From an uncultured virus (IMG/VR IMGVR_UViG_3300042808_000075) (Duplodnaviria > Heunggongvirae > Uroviricota > Caudoviricetes): 64,000 nt of DNA. A program made the translations under genes and the position numbers. Of this stretch, positions 29,192-38,939 are shown piece after piece (positions within the stretch are counted from its first letter, which is position 1; each line of letters begins with the position of its first letter). The stretch lies in IMG/VR virus record IMGVR_UViG_3300042808_000075, one strand, 5' to 3'. A model generated the notes under the pieces. That model saw nothing but the letters and a program-made list of their open reading frames with translations, was not told the DNA's origin and ran no database searches.

Positions 29192-29205
29192 TTTTCATAT
29201 CTCCT

Positions 29206-29604
29206 TTAAATGATATTTTCTTTAATGGTATTTACAAAATCTTTAAAATCATTTTTAGAATATGGAGTATGCTTCTTTTTAAATCCGTTTTGTTTAAAAT
29301 TACCAGTTAAACTATCTTTAAACACTTTACCGAAAGGACTGATACACAAAACATTTTTACCTAATACTAAGGTAGCTAATCCAGAATCTTTAGTGATAAT
29401 CAAATCATCTTTTTGAGCAAAATTGTAAATTTTGATATCTGATTCTTGTTTTTTACTATCCACCATAATATGGTTTTTTGAATTTGCGAATTCATGACTT
29501 GTATCCGCAACAGTGTAAACGGGAACATTCAGTTTTTGGCCTAAATCTAAACAATACTGTAATACAATTTTAGGACAGGAATCTGCATCAATGATAATTC
29601 GCAT
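29206..29604 (-). CDS. YaiI/YqxD (DUF188, PIN-like) family protein
   Basis: IIIDADSCP, SDIKI, DLIITKDSGLA. Confidence 0.85.
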   Translation of the reverse strand: MRIIIDADSCPKIVLQYCLDLGQKLNVPVYTVADTSHEFANSKNHIMVDSKKQESDIKIYNFAQKDDLIITKDSGLATLVLGKNVLCISPFGKVFKDSLTGNFKQNGFKKKHTPYSKNDFKDFVNTIKENII

Positions 29605-29749
29605 TTTTGTGTACCGCCTTTCTTTTTTATATTTTAATTATAATATATTTTTTTTGTTTTGTAAAGAAAAAATGATAAATTTATAAAATACTTTTGAAAT
29701 TTATTACAAAAAAACTAGGGTAAAAAATGCCCTAGTTTTTGAAGTATAA

Positions 29750-30733
29750 TTATTTTTCAATATCATCCTGTAATAGATTTTTAATTTCATTAATATACTC
29801 GTCTAATTTTTCGTTGATCATTTTTAACTGTTCATTTGCAAATTTTTCAGCATCTTCGAAATTATTGAATGTTTGTTTGATATCAATGTTATCACCGTCA
29901 ATGAAATGATATTTATTATATACTTTTACAAACACTTCCCATTTATCGCATTTTTCTAATGCACTTTCGCATATAGCAACTGAACAAAAATAACAATTTG
30001 AAAAAAATGTGTTAATAATTTTTTTTGCATATGGGTTTTGTTTGATGAACTCATTTTTAGTCATTTCTGTTTTTTCCCAATAAGGTGCAAATACACCATT
30101 TTTAATACTGTTTAATTTACCCTTAAAGTTATGATATTCAATTTTTGTTTTTTTCACTTCTTCTTCAAGATTAGATAATTTTTCACATAATTGGCGTTCT
30201 TTAATTTCCATATTTTCAATAATACTATTTAATTTTTTCCCTTCATTTTTTAATAAGTCTTCAATTTCTTCAATATGATCATTTAGTTTTTCATTAATAA
30301 AATTTATTTGTTCATTTGCGAATTTTTTTGCTTCTTCATGATTATGAAACATTTTCTTTTTTTCAATTGAACAATCACCAAGAAAATGCCCTTTGTTGTA
30401 TGTGTCAGATGCCCATGTCCACACGCACCATTTGTGACTTTTATTTAATGGAGTTTCACCAATCATGACTGAACAATTGTAAAAATTTGAAAATAATGTG
30501 TTAGTTATTTGTTTTGCATATGGATAATGTTTGTTAGGCTTTGTTTCGGGAGTAAATGTTCTTTCTTCCCAATATGGTACAAAAATACCGCTTTTGAATT
30601 CTTGTAATAGATCACAAAAATTAAAATATTCTTCTTCTGTATGTTCCTTTTCTATTTCAAGTTTGCCAAGTTTTTCATATAATTGTTGTTCTGTTTTTTT
30701 CATATCTTCAATAGCTTTTTCTAATTTGTTCAT
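29750..30733 (-). CDS. Hypothetical protein with internal two-fold repeat
   Basis: PYWE...PYAK.I.NT.FSN...CSV.I occurs twice. Confidence 0.85.
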   Translation of the reverse strand: MNKLEKAIEDMKKTEQQLYEKLGKLEIEKEHTEEEYFNFCDLLQEFKSGIFVPYWEERTFTPETKPNKHYPYAKQITNTLFSNFYNCSVMIGETPLNKSHKWCVWTWASDTYNKGHFLGDCSIEKKKMFHNHEEAKKFANEQINFINEKLNDHIEEIEDLLKNEGKKLNSIIENMEIKERQLCEKLSNLEEEVKKTKIEYHNFKGKLNSIKNGVFAPYWEKTEMTKNEFIKQNPYAKKIINTFFSNCYFCSVAICESALEKCDKWEVFVKVYNKYHFIDGDNIDIKQTFNNFEDAEKFANEQLKMINEKLDEYINEIKNLLQDDIEK

Positions 30734-30856
30734 TTTGTTATCTCCTTTTTTATTTATATTATACCATATATATTAATGTTTTGTAAATCAGTTTTTATCA
30801 ATTCATTTTAATAAAATTTACTTGACAAATGTAAAACAATATAGTATAATAAAGAT

Positions 30857-30894
30857 AGAGGATGGGGGTCTGATTCCGAGGGATGCCTTTTTTT
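30857..30894 (+). ncRNA. Candidate small RNA, copy 4 (inverted)
   Basis: TTGACA(30822)-17-TATAAT(30845), then AGAGGATGGGGGTCTGATTCCGAGGGATGCCTTTTTTT. Confidence 0.6.
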
Positions 30895-30962
30895 ATTTAT
30901 AAGAATATTCTGCCATTTTGTTTTTACTTTACAAATGTATATTGCATGTGTTATAATCATAA

Positions 30963-31039
30963 CATGCCACACTATGGCAAAGACCACCATTATTTAACGT
31001 GGTGGGAATATTTGTCGTGTAATATCAATGTGCCTTTTT
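30963..31039 (+). ncRNA. Promoter-driven structured RNA, or leaderless 37-aa ORF
   Basis: TTTACA-18-TATAAT(30952); stems TATGGCAAA/TTTGTCGTG and CCACCA/TGGTGG. Confidence 0.4.
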
Positions 31040-31453
31040 ATAGTATGGATTTTACTATGTATTTGCAAAATATATAATTATAATGTTAAAAATAATAAAA
31101 AAATAAACAATTCTTTTTTTATTTTAAAGTAGTAAGCATTGTTCATGTAAATACAACAATAAAATTATTTAATTAATTCAAGTATATAAAAACATTTACT
31201 TAATATTATATTAAATAAATGTTTATTTAAACAATTATAATAATTAAGTTATTGTAATTGTTTTTTATTGGGATAAGAATAAATTAATAAAGTATTACTA
31301 CAAAGATAATTATATTTTTTATAGTAGTAAGTGTTTTCATTTAATGATTAATAAAAAAACAGCTAATGTGAAATACAAACACATTAGCTGTTTTAAAATT
31401 CATTTCGGTTGTTGTTTGTAATACATAGTGTATTGCGTTATGTATTACAAGTA

Positions 31454-31669
31454 TTATTGTTCAAATTTTGTTTTAATCAATGAATTATGACAGGTGACAA
31501 TAAAATTATATTGTTGTTCAGTTCCACCAGCGTTGATAATTTCATTTCGTTCAATCAGTCTGCCATGTTTACAGACAGTATCAATGAAAATTTTCTCCTG
31601 TTCATCCATCCATAAGATTTTACCATTTTGATTAGAAAAAACCAAAAATCTTTCATCGTTTTTTGTCAT
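31454..31669 (-). CDS. Hypothetical protein
   Basis: 71 aa, AAGGAG RBS. Confidence 0.75.
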   Translation of the reverse strand: MTKNDERFLVFSNQNGKILWMDEQEKIFIDTVCKHGRLIERNEIINAGGTEQQYNFIVTCHNSLIKTKFEQ

Positions 31670-31905
31670 TTTTTTACTCCTTTTAGTTTATTATTTATTT
31701 TATTTTAAATAAATTGTTTTTTATTTCTTTAGGGTAAAAACATGGTTAACGTTGATGATATTGGCAATAAATAAAATCATATTACCATCAGTGAATTGCC
31801 ATCAACAAAAGATATTGAATTCATTTTGAGTTTAATTAACAACAATATTTGTTGGTTTGTTGCCGTGTTTACTAAAATAAACTCTATTGTTTACTAAAAT
31901 AAACG

Positions 31906-32358
31906 TTAGTTAATGGTTTTAAAATCAAATGGATTTTGTTCATTAATGATTTGAATGATGGCTTCTAGCTTGGTTCTAAATCGGATATTATCTTTTGCAC
32001 TTCTTTTCCTTTTGCCTTTTAATTGTCTATCTCCCATGTTTTTAATAGTTGTATAACCCTTATCATTGTATCCACCATATTCATCACCATTGGCATTAAT
32101 ACAGAATGCCTTTTTTTGCATAACTGTATCAGCCAAAATATAATCTTGGGTAATGATAATATCATTTGGGTTTGTCATATTAATAATTTTCATATCCGTT
32201 TCTTGTGAAATGCTTCTGACAGAAATATGATTAACCGAATTAATTTTATGATTTTTGTTTGCTACTGTAAAAACCATAATATTATATTTTTCACCAAGTT
32301 CTTTGCAATATTGAAGTGCTGTGTTTGGGCAAGAGTCTGCATCAATTACTATTTTCAT
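31906..32358 (-). CDS. YaiI/YqxD (DUF188) family protein, second copy
   Basis: MKIVIDADSCP, TDMKI, DIIITQDYILA. Confidence 0.85.
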   Translation of the reverse strand: MKIVIDADSCPNTALQYCKELGEKYNIMVFTVANKNHKINSVNHISVRSISQETDMKIINMTNPNDIIITQDYILADTVMQKKAFCINANGDEYGGYNDKGYTTIKNMGDRQLKGKRKRSAKDNIRFRTKLEAIIQIINEQNPFDFKTIN

Positions 32359-32431
32359 TTCAAAAATCTCATTCCTTTCCATTGTTTCGTTTAGTATAAC
32401 ATATTTTATTTGATTTGTAAAGATTGTTTTG

Positions 32432-33649
32432 TTATTTGATAAAAGGTTTGATTAATTTTGCTCTTTGTTCTCTTACAAAATTAGCAATTTGTTCATTCTT
32501 TAGATGTTCAGGAATATCAAACTTTGTGTTTCTAATTACAGTTGCCATAGCGTTAAGATTATGAACTAGCGGTTCTACATTGTTGCCACCATCAGCCAGC
32601 ATAATCAAAGCCAATCCTTCTGTTTTCAAAGGTGATCTATCAGCTTTAATAATCATATCTACTATTTTGCTAGGTTTTTTAGTTTGTACTTTCATGTGAA
32701 GTTCACAAGCAATCATGCCAGCTTTTAACCATTTATTTTGCAAAGTAAATTCTTTGTTCCATTTTATCAGTTCTTCAATACCTAAAACATCATGCCCGAT
32801 ATGACTAGGCCAAAGTTCTTTAGGTGTTGCAGTTTTGCCAATATCATGAATAAGTGCCGCAAAACGAATAGCTATATCATTGGTTTGCTTTGCTACTTCA
32901 TCCAAAACAATCATCGAATGATTGTATACATCACCTTCGGGATGAAATTTGATATTTTGATCGATGCCAATCATTTTTTGAATCGGAGGAAAGATATCAA
33001 GCAAATCAGCTTGTTTCAAAACATCAAAAAACAAACTAGGCTTTTTAGTATTTAGTGCTTTTTCCAATTCAGTTACAATTCTTTCTTTGGATTCCAATAA
33101 CAATTCTTCTTTAGTTTGTTTCATAAGGTCAATAGTTTTTTGTGATACAGAAAAACCAAATTGGCTTGCTTGTCTTGCCACTCTTAAAGAGCGCACAGGG
33201 TCATCCTTAAAGAATTCAGAAGTTGCATTGATGATTCTGTTTTCAATATCTGTTTTGCCATTGTAGGGGTCAATCAGCTCGTTAGACAGTACGTGAATAG
33301 CCATACTATTCATTGTAGTATCTCTTCTGAATAAATCATCATGAATATTGATAGAAGTATCAAAAGTTACTTCAAATCCTTTATAACCAGTGCTGGTTTT
33401 AATTTCGCGTCTAGCAAAAGCAATTTCACATTGTTTATTGTTTACTGATAAATTGAAAACAGGAAATGATTTACCTATCAATTCAGCGTTAGGAAAAATG
33501 CTTTGAAATTGTTCTTTGGTTAAACCAGTTACACAATAATCTTTATCTTTAGGTGTTTTATTTAAAAAAATATCTCTGACAGCACCACCAACAAGAAAAA
33601 ATTCGCCGCCATTTTTATTTATAATTTCTGCCATTTGTTTTTCATCCAT
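32432..33649 (-). CDS. cca: CCA-adding tRNA nucleotidyltransferase with HD domain
   Basis: VGGAVRD..DKD, DLFRRDTTMNSMA, DDPVRSLR, HPEGDV..H, IHDIGK. Confidence 0.9.
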   Translation of the reverse strand: MDEKQMAEIINKNGGEFFLVGGAVRDIFLNKTPKDKDYCVTGLTKEQFQSIFPNAELIGKSFPVFNLSVNNKQCEIAFARREIKTSTGYKGFEVTFDTSINIHDDLFRRDTTMNSMAIHVLSNELIDPYNGKTDIENRIINATSEFFKDDPVRSLRVARQASQFGFSVSQKTIDLMKQTKEELLLESKERIVTELEKALNTKKPSLFFDVLKQADLLDIFPPIQKMIGIDQNIKFHPEGDVYNHSMIVLDEVAKQTNDIAIRFAALIHDIGKTATPKELWPSHIGHDVLGIEELIKWNKEFTLQNKWLKAGMIACELHMKVQTKKPSKIVDMIIKADRSPLKTEGLALIMLADGGNNVEPLVHNLNAMATVIRNTKFDIPEHLKNEQIANFVREQRAKLIKPFIK

Positions 33650-33745
33650 TTTTTCATATCTCCTTTACTTGATGATTTATTATAACATATTTATTGACAA
33701 CTGTCAATAAAAAACCCACCTAGTCTAATAGGTAAGTTTTAATGT

Positions 33746-34201
33746 TTAAATTGTATTTCTTTCACCTTTGAAAAATTTAATATAATCCTCTGCCTGTTTA
33801 TGAGAAAATGCTATAGCGATTATATCATTATTTTCACCAGTTGTTATTGCATAACTTGTATTTTGATGTTCCATTATTCTTAATTCTGGCAAATAATATA
33901 ATGGATGTTGATATACTGTTTTTTTGTTTATAGTTATTTTTAAAATAAAATCAGTAATAATATTATGAAAAACTTTAGTCTTGAAATTTTTTACTAAAAT
34001 AGGTGATTGTGTTTTATCATCTGTTCTGCTAACATAACCATAGGTATCAATTTCTTCCATCCAATCACGACCATTTGTAGGAAACCCATAGAATATTCTG
34101 ATTTTTATTTTCTTTATTCTAGCTTCTTCTAGTATGTCAATAATTTGTTTTTCAGTATGCAATTTATATGTTGTTCCATTACAAATTTGTACTTTTTGCA
34201 T
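33746..34201 (-). CDS. Hypothetical phage protein
   Basis: IRIFYG..NGRDWMEE.D..GYV motif. Confidence 0.85.
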   Translation of the reverse strand: MQKVQICNGTTYKLHTEKQIIDILEEARIKKIKIRIFYGFPTNGRDWMEEIDTYGYVSRTDDKTQSPILVKNFKTKVFHNIITDFILKITINKKTVYQHPLYYLPELRIMEHQNTSYAITTGENNDIIAIAFSHKQAEDYIKFFKGERNTI

Positions 34202-34283
34202 TTTCTCACCTTCTTTCTCATAGAATCATTATAACATTTTTTTATTTCATTTGTAAAGAAAAAAAGAGAATAAAATTCTCTTT

Positions 34284-35099
34284 TTATAAAAACTTTTCTT
34301 GTATAATGTGTTTGATTGTGAATTTTTTCCACACAAAATAATCCTTATATTTATTGTAAAAACTTTCTGCCTTTTTAAAGTTTTTAAATCCTTTAAGCCA
34401 ATGACTATCTAAATTAGTAATGTATTTATGACCATATTTTGTTTTTCTTACAAATCCATTACCATTTTCATCTATCAGTGCAAAAAAACTATGCACCAAC
34501 TCTTTTGCTCTTTTTTTCTTAATTCGCCAAACTTGTTTTGTTACTTTATCTTGAAGGAAACGAATATTTATATAATCATTGTTGTTTTCGTCCAATGTTT
34601 CTATAAGTAAAAAACTTTGCAATTGGTTAATGGATTGTGCTAGTTGAATACTGTTTTTAGGATAGCTATTTAATTGCGTTTGAAAATTATTGTAGTTTTT
34701 GCAACAAATAGTTATATCATTTGTTTTGTCAATATCAATCCATTCCTCAATTGTTTTCGCGGTTCTTGTACCGTTAATTATCCACTTACTGAATGTTCCA
34801 TGCGGAAAACGTTTCCCTCTTGACTTGTAATGTTCATAACCTAATGATTCTAAATCATTAGCTAGATCAATGATTTTCTGTTTTGTAAACAGTAATCCTT
34901 TAAACAAACATCCCCAATCTTTTACTGGAACTTTTCTTCCTTTATAATTTGAAGTATAAACATTATTGTCACCAAACAAAACTAATGGTATATACAAAAA
35001 TTCATCATTAATTTTTTCGTCAATAATTACATTATTTTCTTTTAAAATTTTTGTCTCGATTTTAATAAATGCCTTATCATAAAAAATTGTATAACTCAT
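34284..35099 (-). CDS. Hypothetical protein, paralog of 25062..25889
   Basis: Shared termini. Confidence 0.85.
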   Translation of the reverse strand: MSYTIFYDKAFIKIETKILKENNVIIDEKINDEFLYIPLVLFGDNNVYTSNYKGRKVPVKDWGCLFKGLLFTKQKIIDLANDLESLGYEHYKSRGKRFPHGTFSKWIINGTRTAKTIEEWIDIDKTNDITICCKNYNNFQTQLNSYPKNSIQLAQSINQLQSFLLIETLDENNNDYINIRFLQDKVTKQVWRIKKKRAKELVHSFFALIDENGNGFVRKTKYGHKYITNLDSHWLKGFKNFKKAESFYNKYKDYFVWKKFTIKHIIQEKFL

Positions 35100-35193
35100 T
35101 GTATCTAATCTCCTTTTTATTTTAATTATACCACATATCTTTACATATGTAAATAAAAAACACTATCTTGTTTTAAGATAGTGTTTTTTATTG

Positions 35194-35472
35194 TTACATT
35201 GTTATAACTTCTTTTCTACTAAAACGATATCCTGTTTTACGTTTTTTTGTGTCCATGTAATGTTGAAGATCACTTTTCAAAAACAATGTGTCACCTTTAG
35301 TAAGTTTAACAGGGATGATTTTTTGTTCACGTACTAACAAATGAATGTTTTGTCTGGTACACCCCAACATTTCAGCAGCATCCGCAGCGGACATTAAATT
35401 ATTTCTCAAATAAGTTTTCAATTCTTTTTCATTTTCTTTTAAAAAATCATCAACAATCATGACTATCATCAC
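35194..35472 (-). CDS. Helix-turn-helix (HTH_17/excisionase-like) DNA-binding protein
   Basis: LMSAADAAEMLGCTRQNIHLLV..KI.PVK...LFLKSDL. Confidence 0.8.
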   Translation of the reverse strand: MMIVMIVDDFLKENEKELKTYLRNNLMSAADAAEMLGCTRQNIHLLVREQKIIPVKLTKGDTLFLKSDLQHYMDTKKRKTGYRFSRKEVITM

Positions 35473-35476
35473 CTTT

Positions 35477-35770
35477 CTATTTTAACCTGTTATAATTTCG
35501 TTGTTCAATAATTTCTTCCAAAAGTGGTTCGCTGAAATATAAATCATTATCGTCTACTTCTCGTTCAAGAAAGATGGATAGTGATTTAAGCAATTTGTCT
35601 TTAGGAACCAAAAGAGTGTTATAGTGCATTTGATAATATGAGATTAATTCATGATTATCTGACAACCACCATTTTAAATTTTCAAACTTTTCCATAACGT
35701 TTAATTTTTCTTGTTTTTGTTCCTCAGTAATATCAGGGAACATTACAGATAAATATTTTTCATCATCCAT
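35477..35770 (-). CDS. Hypothetical protein
   Basis: 97 aa, within an operon. Confidence 0.8.
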   Translation of the reverse strand: MDDEKYLSVMFPDITEEQKQEKLNVMEKFENLKWWLSDNHELISYYQMHYNTLLVPKDKLLKSLSIFLEREVDDNDLYFSEPLLEEIIEQRNYNRLK

Positions 35771-35773
35771 AGA

Positions 35774-36352
35774 TTATTTTCCCTCCAATGTTTCAATTAA
35801 TTTGTTTTGTTCTTGATCGGTTAAAGAAAATAATTTCTCCAATTTAATTGTTTTAATTAGTCTTACACCGCAATATTCTTTATCAAAATCTACCGTTTTT
35901 GATGCATATCTTCCTCTTGCTTTGGGGTTTTTATTGAATCCTTTATAAACTTCAAGTTTGTTTTCATCGAGATTGATAATATATGCCCATTCACAGAATA
36001 AAGAATTGTGCAGGAATTCTTTATTGTCCACCATATATTTTAATTTATTTTCCATATAAGGTTGCAGATCACCCTGTGCATTTAATAACAAACAATACCA
36101 ATCATCGGTTTCGCCAGTAGAAACACCAAAGTCAGAGAATGGTTTACAATGTTCAATCTGTTCATTAGTTGGTTTTCCCTCTGGTTGAATCAATTCAATT
36201 GTTTCTGCCACACATTTTAATTTTTCCAAAGAAGAATTTTTAATAACTTCAATAATTCTTTTTCCTAACCAACTTGGATAAGAATCAGAATGATTATAAG
36301 TTGCTTTTTCTTGTCCATTAATATAAAATCCATATGCTCCATTTGTACTCAT
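35774..36352 (-). CDS. Hypothetical phage protein, related to the N-terminus of 56492..57493
   Basis: YNHSDSYPSWLG, CEWAYIINLD. Confidence 0.85.
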   Translation of the reverse strand: MSTNGAYGFYINGQEKATYNHSDSYPSWLGKRIIEVIKNSSLEKLKCVAETIELIQPEGKPTNEQIEHCKPFSDFGVSTGETDDWYCLLLNAQGDLQPYMENKLKYMVDNKEFLHNSLFCEWAYIINLDENKLEVYKGFNKNPKARGRYASKTVDFDKEYCGVRLIKTIKLEKLFSLTDQEQNKLIETLEGK

Positions 36353-36354
36353 AT

Positions 36355-36777
36355 TTATACAACTCCTTGTTTAATGTTTTTTACATAATCATCATTGATA
36401 TAATTGATTGTTTGCATTACAAAAACAAAATCATTATAAATAAGTTCAAAATCAATTTTTTTGTTTTTTTCAATAGATTTATTTACAATATATTTAATAT
36501 ATTCTTTTTCTATGCTTTTTTTGGTATATTTGTGCAAGTAGTCAATAAAGTTTAAAACGAATTGTTCTTTTGTTTTTTCAAATTCATTTAAATCTTTTTG
36601 GTATAACCCATCAGCAGTTGATTCTGCTTGCTTAAGCATCTCGGTTATTTCATAATAATTCCCAATCATGTTTTCTTTAATCGCTTTTGTAAGCTTTTCT
36701 TTGTATGATTCTTGTTTGGGTTTTTTGTCTAAAAGAGTTTTGTACTGATCATTCCACCAATTTGCATTTACTTTCAA
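36355..36777 (-). CDS. Hypothetical protein
   Basis: 140 aa, TTG start. Confidence 0.75.
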   Translation of the reverse strand: MKVNANWWNDQYKTLLDKKPKQESYKEKLTKAIKENMIGNYYEITEMLKQAESTADGLYQKDLNEFEKTKEQFVLNFIDYLHKYTKKSIEKEYIKYIVNKSIEKNKKIDFELIYNDFVFVMQTINYINDDYVKNIKQGVV

Positions 36778-36791
36778 TGTTCATTTCCCCT

Positions 36792-37151
36792 TTAATTTAA
36801 AAATATTTTTTTTGGTTCTTCTTCTTCATCTGCTTCATCAATTATTGTGTTTTTAAATTTACTTAATAAATCTATATCTCTGTATAGTTTTTTAAGTATG
36901 TCCTCAATATTGTCTGCATGAACCATTTCCATATATTCATTGAAATTATTGCTTAAAACAAATCCAATTACATCTAAAGGTTTCCCTTGTTCAGCAAGTG
37001 CTTCAGCAGTTTCTAGAAAAAAATCACTTAATGTTTTTGCACGAATAGCATAAAACATTTGTTGTGCCATTTCAAAGTGCTTTTCATTAGGAAAGTTTTC
37101 TTTTAAAGGTTTATTTTCATCTAGTGTACTTAAAATCAGTTTTATATTCAC
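36792..37151 (-). CDS. Hypothetical protein
   Basis: 119 aa, GTG start, promoter. Confidence 0.75.
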   Translation of the reverse strand: MNIKLILSTLDENKPLKENFPNEKHFEMAQQMFYAIRAKTLSDFFLETAEALAEQGKPLDVIGFVLSNNFNEYMEMVHADNIEDILKKLYRDIDLLSKFKNTIIDEADEEEEPKKIFLN

Positions 37152-37229
37152 AACTTATTTCCTTTCTTTGATTATAATTTATTATATCATGTTTCTTTCA
37201 AATTGTAAAGTAAATATTGTTTTACAAAA

Positions 37230-37544
37230 TTAATCAGCTATTACTACTTCAACAATATATTTTTTTTCACCATATTCTAATATGTGTTCACCAACAAATT
37301 TGTCTTCACGTTGAATCTTTAGATCAAGATTTTCGCGATTTACCAAGAAAATTTCAACCCATGAAGTATTGCATGAAGTCAATACTTCCAGTGTAATGAT
37401 TTTACCATCATCAAAGTTAACAAAATGTGAAAAAACAATATTTCCACTAGGGAGGTTGCTTTTTTCCCCTTTTTTACTTAAAATATCGTTAATGTTTTTT
37501 GCGGTTTCTTCTGTAACAAAAATATGCTTTTTCATTTTTCTCAA
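37230..37544 (-). CDS. Hypothetical protein, paralog of 28868..29191
   Basis: Shared motifs. Confidence 0.8.
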   Translation of the reverse strand: MRKMKKHIFVTEETAKNINDILSKKGEKSNLPSGNIVFSHFVNFDDGKIITLEVLTSCNTSWVEIFLVNRENLDLKIQREDKFVGEHILEYGEKKYIVEVVIAD

Positions 37545-37710
37545 CCTTTCAATTTTAAACTGTTTATACGATATCCTTTCTTTGATTATAACATTTTGTT
37601 TGACATTTGTAAATAAAAAACCACTTATTTAAAGTGGTTTTTAAAATTATTTTATCAAGTTAAAATTAACAAATGGCATTATAACACTTTTTTTGTATTT
37701 TGTCAATTGT

Positions 37711-38847
37711 TTATTTTACATGATAACCCATATCTTGCAAAATAGCTTTATCTAAATTGGTGATTTGCCGATTGTTGTAAAAGTTGTCAGAAGGATAAGC
37801 GGTTACGCTTAACATACCAAAGTTACCATCAATATGGCAGGAATCAAACATAGGCACAGCACCGCCATAAACCTTCATAGCGTTTTCACCAACAAAGTAA
37901 TACTTTCCATTGTTTTGTATACGATGATCTTCAAACGCAGTACCTTGACCAATACCTAATACATGTCCAATTTCATGTAAAGCAGTTAAGTAAATATCAC
38001 GGTCAGTTTGTGGTATTCTAGTTCCATTTTGTTGTTTACCGTTTTGATTAAATTCAATGTCACTGATAAAAGGTTGATAAGTGTCTTTGTTTTTTATTCT
38101 ATTTAACAATGTTGGGTCTGAACATTGCTGAATAGTACGTGAACGTGCATCATCATTGCCGATAAATGTTGTTGCAAAAATTTTAAAGTCATCAATAGTG
38201 TCATTTGTTGTTAATGTATGTGGTGTACTGTAATCATACCAAATCGCAGATGTTCCTGCTACTACAGGCGCAAAATCATCAGCAATAATACTTGCCCATT
38301 CATTTGCCGCACGTTGAAATGCATCTTTTCTTCCTTGTGTATAAAAACCAGTGCTGTCCAAACTATAATCCAATTGGATATTAAATTGATGTGGTGCAGG
38401 TTCGAAATCAGCACTCATAATACGATTGTTTTCATTGCCGGGAGCATACCAACCTTGTACAAACAATTGTTCACCAGTATTTAATTTGCAAATTAAATCA
38501 TTACCAGATTGAAGGAAAGAAAGTTCACTTGGTTTAACATTATAAAAATTGATTTTGTCTAAATTATTAGTTGAATCAGCTAAAATAACAGTGTCTTTTG
38601 TCCCATGTCCAAACCAGTATATATCAGCACCATTTCCACCTACAAGAGTATCCATTCCACAAGTACCAATAATACCGCCCCAAAGTTGATCATTTCCATT
38701 ACCACCGGAAAGTAAATTATTATTGTTATCACCAGCAATAATATCTACTCCACTTCCACCATATATCGTTGTTACCCCTTGGTATTTACTTAGGTCAATA
38801 AACTCCCCTTGTTCAACTGTATAACCGATTCCATTATTAATATTCAT
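37711..38847 (-). CDS. RTX calcium-binding repeat protein fused to a zinc metalloprotease domain
   Basis: GGSGVD, GGNGND and GGNGAD nonapeptide repeats; HEIGHVLGI; C-terminal LQDMGY. Confidence 0.85.
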   Translation of the reverse strand: MNINNGIGYTVEQGEFIDLSKYQGVTTIYGGSGVDIIAGDNNNNLLSGGNGNDQLWGGIIGTCGMDTLVGGNGADIYWFGHGTKDTVILADSTNNLDKINFYNVKPSELSFLQSGNDLICKLNTGEQLFVQGWYAPGNENNRIMSADFEPAPHQFNIQLDYSLDSTGFYTQGRKDAFQRAANEWASIIADDFAPVVAGTSAIWYDYSTPHTLTTNDTIDDFKIFATTFIGNDDARSRTIQQCSDPTLLNRIKNKDTYQPFISDIEFNQNGKQQNGTRIPQTDRDIYLTALHEIGHVLGIGQGTAFEDHRIQNNGKYYFVGENAMKVYGGAVPMFDSCHIDGNFGMLSVTAYPSDNFYNNRQITNLDKAILQDMGYHVK

Positions 38848-38939
38848 TATTTTATCCCCCTTGTTTTTAATTTTTATTATATCATATAATTTTACTTTTG
38901 TAAATAAAAAACCACTACTTAAAGTAGTGGTTTAATTTA

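Noticed and set aside
30963..31039. c-di-GMP-I riboswitch
   Set aside because: Has GGCAAA but lacks the GNRA tetraloop, the second GCAAA/P3 arm and a downstream gene
30883..31077. 64-aa ORF MPFFIYKN as a real gene
   Set aside because: The SD-like sequence abuts the ATG, the ORF runs through a promoter, and equivalent ORFs in the other copies differ in length
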